Assembly (NCBI GenBank): GCA_001821555.1
Contig: MHMM01000004.1
Coordinates: 47,525-111,524 of the forward strand
Length of the DNA stretch: 64,000 bases
Direction of reading: 5' to 3'
Source of the DNA: Candidatus Nealsonbacteria bacterium RIFOXYB1_FULL_40_15
Lineage (GTDB): Bacteria > Patescibacteriota > Minisyncoccia > Minisyncoccales > GWA2-38-27
The notes below the pieces were generated by a model, which was not told where the DNA came from, made no database searches, and saw nothing but the letters and a program-made list of their open reading frames with translations. Of this stretch, positions 56,643-63,694 are shown one piece after another. Within the stretch, counting starts at the first letter, position 1; every line of letters begins with the position of its first letter. The position numbers and the translations under genes are program-made.

Positions 56643-57563
56643 CTAAGCCCTTCTTTTCATATCCCGCAGAACCAACTTTGTTGGCCGGCAGGGATGCCGA
56701 AGAAATAAGCCGCCAAAACTCACCGCGTCAGCCCCCATTTCTTCTGCCGCCTCAATATCCCCGAGTTTCCACATACTGGGAAATATCACGCGAATATCCG
56801 TTGAATTCTTCAGATGGCATGCAAAATCCCAGGTATGCCTTTGGGCAAGCTTGCCCGAGACTCCGCCTCCACCAAACCTATCTAGAGAGCTCTTGCGATC
56901 CGGAAAAATATTCCCCCACCGGACACTATTAATGGAAAGCGCGCCGATTCCTATCCCCCTGATATTCGGCAGAATTTCCGGAGTATAATGAGCAGTAGAA
57001 AGTTTAAGTATAAGAGGCAAGCTTGTTGCTTCTTTTGCCGCTTCGCAAATTTCCACCACTCTTCTTGCGTTGGCAAGCTCGGACAAAGTATTCGGGCATG
57101 AGACGTTTAACTCAAGCCCTAAAAGCTTACCGGAAAAAAGCATTTCTAGAGTTCTCGCCATAATAGCAATTTGTTTCGGAGCATCTCCAGAGTCCGAAAA
57201 AATAGACGGAACTATGGGAAGCGGGCATCCCCTGATCCCAAAATCAGCCATCCACTCAATAAACCCGCCATTCCTCAACCCGTAAGCATTGACTGTTCCC
57301 GCACATTGCAAGAAACCCCGTAACCCGGCATTGCCGTTATAATCCAGGAATTTGATTGTTTCCCATGGTTTCCGCCATCGGAAGTTTCCTTCTCTTGGGA
57401 AAAGCGTTACCGTTTTGCCAACAACGACAAAAAGGTCCGGCCTGATCATGTCCGCCCAGATCAAAGGCCTGTCCCACAGCCAGCCGGTTCCCCAGTTTCC
57501 CAATGCCCCGCTTGCCGCAAAATACTTGTACGGCCCCCTATCGCCTAGCATTATACCCTTCAT
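56643..57563 (-). CDS. Dihydroorotate-dehydrogenase-like TIM-barrel flavoprotein (PyrD/DHPD family), GC-rich
   Basis: LELNVSCPN active-site-type motif and GADAVSFGG. Local GC is about 50%, against 36% for the window. Confidence 0.55.
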   Translation of the reverse strand: MKGIMLGDRGPYKYFAASGALGNWGTGWLWDRPLIWADMIRPDLFVVVGKTVTLFPREGNFRWRKPWETIKFLDYNGNAGLRGFLQCAGTVNAYGLRNGGFIEWMADFGIRGCPLPIVPSIFSDSGDAPKQIAIMARTLEMLFSGKLLGLELNVSCPNTLSELANARRVVEICEAAKEATSLPLILKLSTAHYTPEILPNIRGIGIGALSINSVRWGNIFPDRKSSLDRFGGGGVSGKLAQRHTWDFACHLKNSTDIRVIFPSMWKLGDIEAAEEMGADAVSFGGLFLRHPCRPTKLVLRDMKRRA

Positions 57564-57786
57564 ATCAAGCCTCCAATCTATGATTTTCAGTTTTTAACGT
57601 GCTTAAAGAACAACGAACACTATAGTTCCTTTTAGCAAAATAAGCCCTGCGAGGCAATAACGTAAAACACATAGACAGAAACAGCATAAAAAATGGCGAG
57701 TAAAAAAACTTGCCGGCGATTAAACCCACGATCGTGAGTTTAGTCGACAACCCTATTGTTCGTAAGGATTTGTGTAAAAACCTATA

Positions 57787-58347
57787 TCAGACGAAGGAAG
57801 GAGGGTTTTGGCTCCGAACAACTTTCAGTGCGTTCCCCCACCAGATCAACTGATTAAGAAACAAATCGGCCGGCTTCTGAATTAAATCAAAATTATCCGA
57901 AAAATCCTTGATGTTCAATGAATTTCTTATCGGGAACATCTGCAACTCGATAGAAACTTGCCTTAACTGCTCCACCGAACGTGCCCCCTCTACGCTTCCC
58001 CAACTTACAAATCCGACCGGTTTATTGTTCCATTCAAAATAAAGCCAGTCCAAAGCGTTTTTTAAAACTGCCGGATACCCATGGTTATACTCCGGAGTAA
58101 CAATAATATACGCGTCCGCGGACGCTATCTTTTTAGACCATTCTTTGACTATGGAATCTTTATACCTGCCGGCAAGGGCGATCGGAGGAAATTCGTCGCT
58201 ATAAAAAGGCAATGGCCAATCCCTCAAATCAAGGATCTCCGCCTCCGCGTCATTTCTTTTTCGAACTGCGTCATATATCCATTTCGCCGGCTTTTCGCTG
58301 AACCTGTTTTTTCTAGTGCTGGCGATTATAACGCTTATTTTCAACAT
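57787..58347 (-). CDS. NAD(P)H-dependent FMN reductase (flavodoxin-like fold)
   Basis: ISVIIASTRKNRFS...YIIVTPEYNHGYPAVLKNALDW signature. GC is about 45%. Confidence 0.7.
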   Translation of the reverse strand: MLKISVIIASTRKNRFSEKPAKWIYDAVRKRNDAEAEILDLRDWPLPFYSDEFPPIALAGRYKDSIVKEWSKKIASADAYIIVTPEYNHGYPAVLKNALDWLYFEWNNKPVGFVSWGSVEGARSVEQLRQVSIELQMFPIRNSLNIKDFSDNFDLIQKPADLFLNQLIWWGNALKVVRSQNPPSFV

Positions 58348-58423
58348 ACCGCCATTCTAAATCCGTTCTCCTGAAAACAAAATGAATATGCCAAACGGCA
58401 TATAATTTTGCCTTTTTGCATGT

Positions 58424-59008
58424 TTAAGATTCTTTAAGATACTTTACTAATTCTTTAGCTCCCAGGGTTCTATGAAGAATTTTGTCTTTTTCTTCATCTG
58501 TCAATTCAGAATAGTACTTGTTAAAATCCAGGGATATAAATATGGCGTCGTAGCCAAATCCCCCAACATCTTTGGGCTCATAAGCTATTTTACCTTCTAT
58601 TGATTTTTCGTATGTCCAGAATTCTTTATTTTCTGGATTATAGAAAGCCAGGGCTCCGATGTATCTGCAACTTCTTTTATCTTCTCCTCTCATTCTTTCC
58701 AGAATCATCATATACCTGTCTTTTTCTGTTCCTGCATGCCATCTCTTGGCGTGAACACCCGGTTCTCCATTCAATGCATCAATAAATAATCCGGTATCGT
58801 CTGCCAGAGTAGGAAGATTAGATTTTTCTGCATAATATTTTGCTTTCTTTTTGGCATTATCTATCAAAGTATTGCCGTCTTCTTTAATATCATCTTTTAT
58901 TCCCGCATCTTTTAAAGACAAAAGTTCTGATTCAAAATTCAGATTGTTAAAAATCCTCCTAAACTGCCTTAATTTATTCTCATTATTAGTTCCAACTAGA
59001 ATCTTCAT
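58424..59008 (-). CDS. rdgB: dITP/XTP pyrophosphatase (Ham1/RdgB)
   Basis: MKILVGTNNENKLRQF, ADDTGL and GFGYDAIF motifs. Confidence 0.85.
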   Translation of the reverse strand: MKILVGTNNENKLRQFRRIFNNLNFESELLSLKDAGIKDDIKEDGNTLIDNAKKKAKYYAEKSNLPTLADDTGLFIDALNGEPGVHAKRWHAGTEKDRYMMILERMRGEDKRSCRYIGALAFYNPENKEFWTYEKSIEGKIAYEPKDVGGFGYDAIFISLDFNKYYSELTDEEKDKILHRTLGAKELVKYLKES

Positions 59009-59155
59009 TGTCGCGCAAACGATTTATTAATGGTTTGTGGAAATTGAGAGAAATTCAGGGTCAAAGCCATTATTCTTCTCAGCCCCGACGCTATTTTTAG
59101 AAAAAGGCACCCGATCCCTGCTTCTCTTTTTCTAACCCCTTTTTCCTTTTTCCTT

Positions 59156-59854
59156 TCATATGTTTTTATAAATAACGTCTTTTCTCTCCACGACAACTTC
59201 CCATCCATTCCGTTTGGCATGGTTATAAAGATTCTGGTTGGGGTTAAAGCAAATCGGTTTCTCAACCATTTTCAAAAAAGAAATATCTGTTTCGGTGTCT
59301 CCCACGCCAACTGATCCTCTTAGGGTCAAGTTTTCTTTCTCAACGGCACGCTCCAAAATTTTATCTTTATTTTCAATAAGATCCGCGTACAAAACCTTTC
59401 CGGTAAACTTGCCGTTTTCAATCTCCAAAACCCGGCCATAAGCTTTGTCAAAACCCAATTTTTCAGCAAATCCTTTGACAGCACTATAAGGCGAGCCCGA
59501 AATTGCCAGAACAAAATAATTTTTCTTCTTTAGTTTTTTAATTAAGTCTATTGTATATTTATAATTCCTCTCTCCATGAAAAGAGATAACCTTTCTGCTG
59601 ATTTTTGAAAAATCCTTATACCCGGCTCCCTTTATATTCTTAACAAAGGCCTCAATAACCGCGTTTAAATACTCTTGATAGGAGCCCTTTCTGTTGAGCC
59701 AGTTATCAAAAGCCCGCTTGTATGTTTCTCTTGCCTTGGAAGCAAAAACCCCTTCTTGGATAAGAGCATCTGTTAACTCTATCAACAAGCTGGACCTAAA
59801 AATCGTCCCGTCAATATCAAATACTGCCACCCTCTTTTTACTTAGTTTTTCCAT
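59156..59854 (-). CDS. HAD-superfamily hydrolase (phosphoserine-phosphatase-like subfamily IB)
   Basis: Motif I VAVFDIDGTIF and motif IV GVGDTETDISFL. Confidence 0.7.
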   Translation of the reverse strand: MEKLSKKRVAVFDIDGTIFRSSLLIELTDALIQEGVFASKARETYKRAFDNWLNRKGSYQEYLNAVIEAFVKNIKGAGYKDFSKISRKVISFHGERNYKYTIDLIKKLKKKNYFVLAISGSPYSAVKGFAEKLGFDKAYGRVLEIENGKFTGKVLYADLIENKDKILERAVEKENLTLRGSVGVGDTETDISFLKMVEKPICFNPNQNLYNHAKRNGWEVVVERKDVIYKNI

Positions 59855-60199
59855 AATCTATCATTTAAAAATGGCTCCTAGTGCCATTTTTCTCATTAAT
59901 TTTCTTTACACTTCCATCTTTAAATTTGGTAATATGTTTTTTCCATATGGAAAAAACATATTACCTTGTTTGTTCCTCTCGAAAAAAGTACCTGACCCCT
60001 TTTTCTCATAATACTTCTTGCTCTCCTATTTTTAATCTTTTGTTTAATTTAGCTTTTTTTGACAGAAAATAAAAGACCTGCAATCAAGGGCGGGAAATAA
60101 AAAAGCGCTCATCCCTGAACGCGCGGCGAACGTTATTAAAATGAATTGGAGACTTCTCTGTACTGGTTCTGTTTCAAAATGTGGATTATCCTTTGAGAG

Positions 60200-60480
60200 A
60201 AAAATAAAGAGGGTCCCGCATTAGCTATTCGGGACCCCTGTGCTCTGTCCTTCCTCTCAGAGACCGGAGCCGTCTTCTAAGAGACCTAACTGTTATTGGC
60301 TGGAAACCCGTTAGGCGGCTACTTCCAGTCATCCACTGTCATTCCTGCGAAGGCCGTGGACGCATTCTCGCAGAACCTAGCTGTCATCCTTCTGTTGAAG
60401 CCCGCTAGGCGACTTCTCTGTTTAATGTCTTTATTATATAATTTTGATATTATTTGTCAATACCTTACGGCAACTTAGCA
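60200..60480. ncRNA. GC-rich structured non-coding region (candidate ncRNA, unidentified) flanking the tRNA array
   Basis: No ORF of 60 aa or more on the coding-direction strand. Dense hairpins: GGGTCCCG...CGGGACCC, GGCTGGAA...TTCCAGTC and CTGCGAAGGCCGTGGACGCATTCTCGCAG. Internal near-direct repeats ACCTAACTGTTATTGGCTGGAAACCCG and ACCTAGCTGTCATCC...GAAGCCCG. GC is far above the genome average. Confidence 0.25.
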
Positions 60481-60507
60481 ACACCTTGGAGTTCCTTATT
60501 TTGGGGC

Positions 60508-60587
60508 GTCGCGCAATAAATTTGCTTTGCAAATTTAAACGCGACAGCCACGTTTAAATTTTGCCTAAAGCAAAATTTATTACGTGG
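60508..60587 (-). repeat. tRNA-trailer palindromic repeat pair HP-A (60508-60545) plus HP-B (60548-60587), copy 1
   Basis: HP-B is CCACGTTTAAATTTTGCCTAAAGCAAAATTTATTACGTGG, a 6+9 bp stem that is identical at 61091-61130 and 61262-61301. HP-A is GTCGCGCAATAAATTTGCTTTGCAAATTTAAACGCGAC. The HP-B terminal CGTGG overlaps the CCA of the duplicated tRNA-Ser 3' end. Confidence 0.7.
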
Positions 60588-60726
60588 CGGAGGGGGTGAG
60601 ACTCCTCTCGCTCCGACTCGAGCCGGGGCGCTGCGCGCTCTCGCGCCCTTCGAGTCTTTCCATTTATCATTATTTCAACGTGTCCAGAAGGATACGCTGA
60701 AATAATATGCGGAGGGGGTGAGACTC
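60587..60726 (-). mobile_element. 104-bp GC-rich hairpin insert flanked by perfect 18-bp direct repeats of the tRNA-Ser 3' end (miniature insertion, candidate MITE-like element)
   Basis: GCGGAGGGGGTGAGACTC occurs at 60587-60604 and at 60709-60726. The downstream copy continues into CCA plus HP-B; the upstream copy is the tRNA-Ser 3' end. The intervening 60605-60708 contains GACTCGAgccGGGGCGCtgcgcgctctcGCGCCCtTCGAGTC and a 9-bp AT hairpin, ATTATTTCA...TGAAATAAT. Confidence 0.45.
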
Positions 60727-60794
60727 GAACTCACGAATCCCCGAAGGGATTCCGGTTTTCAAGACCGGTGCAATAGCCGCTATGCGACCCCTCC
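60708..60794 (-). tRNA. tRNA-Ser (anticodon TGA), long variable arm
   Basis: Reverse complement GGAGGGGTCGCATAGCGGCTATTGCACCGGTCTTGAAAACCGGAATCCCTTCGGGGATTCGTGAGTTCGAGTCTCACCCCCTCCGCA, with anticodon loop CTTGAAA. Its own 3' terminus reads GCA; a CCA-terminated duplicate of the last 18 nt lies 104 bp downstream. Confidence 0.8.
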
Positions 60795-61040
60795 AAAATA
60801 TTTATTAAGAAGCTTCTTTATAGTCTTTCTACCATAACCACTTTTTAAATAAATTTCCCTATTCTCGGCATCATTTTTATTTAAAAAAGCTTCGTAAAAA
60901 ACTAATTTGTATGGTTTTTTAAGTTTTGTTGCTAAGCTTTTGCCTTTGTTATGCTCATTCAATCTTCTTTTTAAATTAGAGGTGTAGCCTATGTAAAAGC
61001 TATTATCAATCTTGCTTTGCAAAATATACGTATAAAACAT
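60780..61040 (-). CDS. Small GIY-YIG nuclease-superfamily protein (86 aa)
   Basis: MFYTYILQSKIDNSFYIGYTSNLKRRLNEHNKG, a classical GIY-YIG motif. The last five codons (GGVA*) are read from the first 15 nt of tRNA-Ser. The start lies 8 nt from HP-A. Confidence 0.7.
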   Translation of the reverse strand: MFYTYILQSKIDNSFYIGYTSNLKRRLNEHNKGKSLATKLKKPYKLVFYEAFLNKNDAENREIYLKSGYGRKTIKKLLNKYFGGVA

Positions 61041-61048
61041 AATCGGGC

Positions 61049-61130
61049 GTCGCGTAATAAATTTTCTTTAAGAAAATTTAAACGCGACAGCCACGTTTAA
61101 ATTTTGCCTAAAGCAAAATTTATTACGTGG
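61049..61130 (-). repeat. tRNA-trailer palindromic repeat pair HP-A (61049-61088) plus HP-B (61091-61130), copy 2, abutting tRNA-Asp CCA
   Basis: HP-A is GTCGCGTAATAAATTTTCTTTAAGAAAATTTAAACGCGAC. HP-B is identical to the other copies and shares TGG with the tRNA-Asp CCA. Confidence 0.7.
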
Positions 61131-61205
61131 CGGGCCCGATGGGATTTGAACCCACGATCTTCTCCGTGACAGGGAGACGACAACTCCAGGCTTGTCCACG
61201 GGCCC
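61128..61205 (-). tRNA. tRNA-Asp (anticodon GTC), CCA encoded
   Basis: Reverse complement GGGCCCGTGGACAAGCCTGGAGTTGTCGTCTCCCTGTCACGGAGAAGATCGTGGGTTCAAATCCCATCGGGCCCGCCA. Confidence 0.8.
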
Positions 61206-61223
61206 AATAATTGAAAAAGTGAG

Positions 61224-61301
61224 ACGTAAAAATTTTCTTATAAGAAAATTTAACGGCTCTACCACGTTTAAATTTTGCCTAAAGCAAAATTTATTACGTG
61301 G
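61224..61301 (-). repeat. tRNA-trailer palindromic repeat pair (HP-A variant 61224-61255 plus HP-B 61262-61301), copy 3, abutting tRNA-Met CCA
   Basis: The HP-A variant is CGTAAAAATTTTCTTATAAGAAAATTTAACG. HP-B is an identical 40-mer. Confidence 0.7.
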
Positions 61302-61374
61302 TGCCGGCGGAGGGATTCGAACCCCCGACCCAAGGATTATGATTCCTTTGCTACTACCGCTGAGCTACGCCGGC
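61299..61374 (-). tRNA. tRNA-Met (anticodon CAT; elongator Met or Ile2-lysidine type), CCA encoded
   Basis: Reverse complement GCCGGCGTAGCTCAGCGGTAGTAGCAAAGGAATCATAATCCTTGGGTCGGGGGTTCGAATCCCTCCGCCGGCACCA, with a G1-C72 pair. Confidence 0.75.
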
Positions 61375-61381
61375 ATACTAA

Positions 61382-61454
61382 TGTTGCGGGACCGGGAGTT
61401 GCACCCAGGTCTCGAGGTTATGGGCCTCGCGAGATACTACTTCTCCATCCCGCA
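61382..61454 (-). tRNA. tRNA with CAT anticodon, initiator-like (A11:U24, weak U1-A72, C33), CCA not encoded
   Basis: Reverse complement TGCGGGATGGAGAAGTAGTATCTCGCGAGGCCCATAACCTCGAGACCTGGGTGCAACTCCCGGTCCCGCAACA. It resembles E. coli tRNA-fMet at its ends (…CCCGCAAC-A). Manual fold only. Confidence 0.5.
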
Positions 61455-61459
61455 AACCC

Positions 61460-61488
61460 ATTCTAATATAGATTGGCTTTTAGGTCAA
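61460..61488 (-). promoter_or_regulatory. Sigma70-like promoter of the tRNA array (TTGACC-17-TAGAAT)
   Basis: Minus-sense -35 at 61483-61488 and -10 at 61460-61465. The predicted start falls at or within 1-2 nt of the first tRNA 5' end at 61454. Confidence 0.45.
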
Positions 61489-61492
61489 CAAG

Positions 61493-62014
61493 CTATATCA
61501 TTTCAAGTTCTGACAACGCCTGCTCATAAACCCTCACCATATTCGCGGCCTGGTCTTTTGTGAGATGACGGCTTGGATCATGGACTATGCTGTTCCTTAT
61601 CTCATGGACTTCTTTGACCCTGTCTATGCTTGGAAGAATTTTTGAATCAATCTGTTTGAGTATATCATTCAACATCTCTCCTTCGTAGCCCATTTTCTGA
61701 AGGACTTCTTTCAGAAACTCATCTATTTCAATCACAGCCATCTTGTATTCGGATTCTTTCCCTGCAGAAAGCTTCTTATGCGCTGATTCAAGCTTTTTGA
61801 ACTTGGTTTTCATTCCTAACGGCCTTGATGAAAAAAATTCAGTATACCTTTCCGTAAAACGGAATTTAAACCAGTTAGTTCTTAGAATAAGTATTATTAT
61901 AGCCGAAAGAAGAATAATAGATAAAACAATAAAAATATTCCTCACAACGGGAATAAATCCTAGGGCTGCGGGCATATAAGAAGCAAACAGATTATAAAGC
62001 TCTTGCTCTGTCAT
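61493..62014 (-). CDS. Hypothetical membrane-anchored protein
   Basis: 173 aa with an N-terminal TM (IFIVLSIILLSAIIILIL). Its start overlaps the gatA stop by 4 nt. Confidence 0.45.
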   Translation of the reverse strand: MTEQELYNLFASYMPAALGFIPVVRNIFIVLSIILLSAIIILILRTNWFKFRFTERYTEFFSSRPLGMKTKFKKLESAHKKLSAGKESEYKMAVIEIDEFLKEVLQKMGYEGEMLNDILKQIDSKILPSIDRVKEVHEIRNSIVHDPSRHLTKDQAANMVRVYEQALSELEMI

Positions 62015-63417
62015 TCTAATAATTTAGCTATTTGAAACAACTTTGATTCTTCAAAATAATTTCCCAATATTTGAAGCCCCACAGGAAGCCCCTTTGTCTT
62101 GAGGGGAACAGAAAGGGCAGGAATGCCCGCAAGGTTTGCAGATATAGTAAATATGTCCGAAAGATACATTGAAAGCGGATCCTGCGTTTTCTCTCCTATT
62201 TTAAAGGCGACTGTCGGAGAAACGGGCGTAAATATCGCATCCACTTTCTTAAAGGATTTTTCAAAGTCCTCTTTTATCCCTGTCCTCACTTTTTGGGATT
62301 TTAGATAATAAGCATCATAATATCCTGAAGATAAGGCAAAAGTTCCAAGCATTATTCTTCTCTTTACTTCAGCTCCAAATCCCTTTGCCCTGGTGTTAAA
62401 ATAAACTTCCGAGAGATTTTCCCCTTTTTCAGAAAGCCCGTATTTTATCCCGTCGTATCTTGCAAGGTTGCAAGAAGCTTCGCAGGTAGATACCATATAG
62501 TAAACAGAAAGGGCGTACTTGGTATTAGGAAGGCTTATTTCCTCCACCCTGCCTCCCATATCTTCTATTTTTTTAATTGCTGATTCTATCGCACTGACTA
62601 CTTCCCTTTCTATCCCCTTTTTTGCTTCGGAACCAAAGTATTCTTTAGGAATTCCAATTTTAAGCTTTTTGAAATCTATTTCTCCATTTTCTTCCATTTC
62701 TATGCTTGTAGAATCCTTTTTATCTTTTCCTTTTATGGCATTAAAAAGGATTTTTGCGTCTTCAGCATTCTTTGCCAAGGGGCCTATCTGGTCCAAAGAA
62801 GAAGCAAAAGCGATAAGGCCGTATCTAGAAACAGCTCCATAGGTCGGCTTTAGTCCAAAAACTCCGCAGAAAGAAGCTGGCTGCCTTATAGATCCTCCCG
62901 TATCAGATCCCAAGGCGCAACAACAAAGTCCCGCCGAAACTGCTGCCGCAGATCCTCCCGAGCTCCCTCCCGGAACCCTAGATTTATCTTTGGGATTTTT
63001 AGTGGTCTTGAAAGCGGAGTTTTCGGTAGAAGATCCCATTGCAAATTCATCCAGATTTGTTTTTCCTAAAACAACAGCTCCTTCTTCTTTTATTCTTTTG
63101 ACACAAGAGGCGTCATAAGGAGAAATATAGTTTTTGAGCATAAAAGAGGATGCAGTGCTTTTTAGCCCCTCCACTAGAATATTATCCTTAACTGCCACAG
63201 GAACCCCAGCCAAAGAAGGAATATCCAGGCCTTCTGAAATTAAATTATCTATCTTATCCGCCTGATTTAAGGCAGTTTCTTTTGCAAGCTCAAGATAGCA
63301 TCCAAGCTCTGAATCTTCTTTTTCTATTTTTTTAAAATAGAAATCGGACAATTCTTTAGCTGAAAACCTCCTCCCCTTAAGCCCCTCTCTTATTCCTTTT
63401 ATGGTTAAGCTATCCAT
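62011..63417 (-). CDS. gatA: Glutamyl-tRNA(Gln) amidotransferase subunit A
   Basis: Amidase signature GGSSGGSAAAVSAG with a Ser-cisSer-Lys triad context. Confidence 0.9.
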   Translation of the reverse strand: MDSLTIKGIREGLKGRRFSAKELSDFYFKKIEKEDSELGCYLELAKETALNQADKIDNLISEGLDIPSLAGVPVAVKDNILVEGLKSTASSFMLKNYISPYDASCVKRIKEEGAVVLGKTNLDEFAMGSSTENSAFKTTKNPKDKSRVPGGSSGGSAAAVSAGLCCCALGSDTGGSIRQPASFCGVFGLKPTYGAVSRYGLIAFASSLDQIGPLAKNAEDAKILFNAIKGKDKKDSTSIEMEENGEIDFKKLKIGIPKEYFGSEAKKGIEREVVSAIESAIKKIEDMGGRVEEISLPNTKYALSVYYMVSTCEASCNLARYDGIKYGLSEKGENLSEVYFNTRAKGFGAEVKRRIMLGTFALSSGYYDAYYLKSQKVRTGIKEDFEKSFKKVDAIFTPVSPTVAFKIGEKTQDPLSMYLSDIFTISANLAGIPALSVPLKTKGLPVGLQILGNYFEESKLFQIAKLLE

Positions 63418-63694
63418 TTAAAATTGCTTTGACTTTGATATGCCTTCCTTCCTTGTCGGGAAAAAGACTGATTATATTTTCAACTCTTTCTGGACTTTCC
63501 CCTGAAGGAATATCCTCTCTGAATACATTTCCAATGAATTTTTCTGAAGGATGAAATGTAGGATCTTTCTTGGAATTTGCTTTTTTAAGGACATTAAAAT
63601 AGTCCAAAATAGAAGAAAGCTCTTTCTCCAGTTTTTCTGTTTCTTCCTTCAAAAGCCCGATCCTTGCAAGTTTTGCTATATTTTCTACTTTCAT
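63410..63694 (-). CDS. gatC: Glutamyl-tRNA(Gln) amidotransferase subunit C
   Basis: 94 aa. MKVENIAKLARIGLLKEETEKLEKELSSILDYF, directly upstream of gatA. Confidence 0.8.
   Translation of the reverse strand: MKVENIAKLARIGLLKEETEKLEKELSSILDYFNVLKKANSKKDPTFHPSEKFIGNVFREDIPSGESPERVENIISLFPDKEGRHIKVKAILNG

Noticed and set aside
60587-60604. Second complete tRNA-Ser at the downstream 18-bp repeat
   Set aside because: The sequence upstream of the repeat (GGAGCGAGAGGAGTCTCAC) cannot form a T-arm. It is only the duplicated last 18 nt plus CCA.
61068-61563. ORFs 61068-61265, 61192-61563 and 61275-61466
   Set aside because: They are read through tRNA-Asp, tRNA-Met, the initiator-like tRNA and the palindromic repeats.
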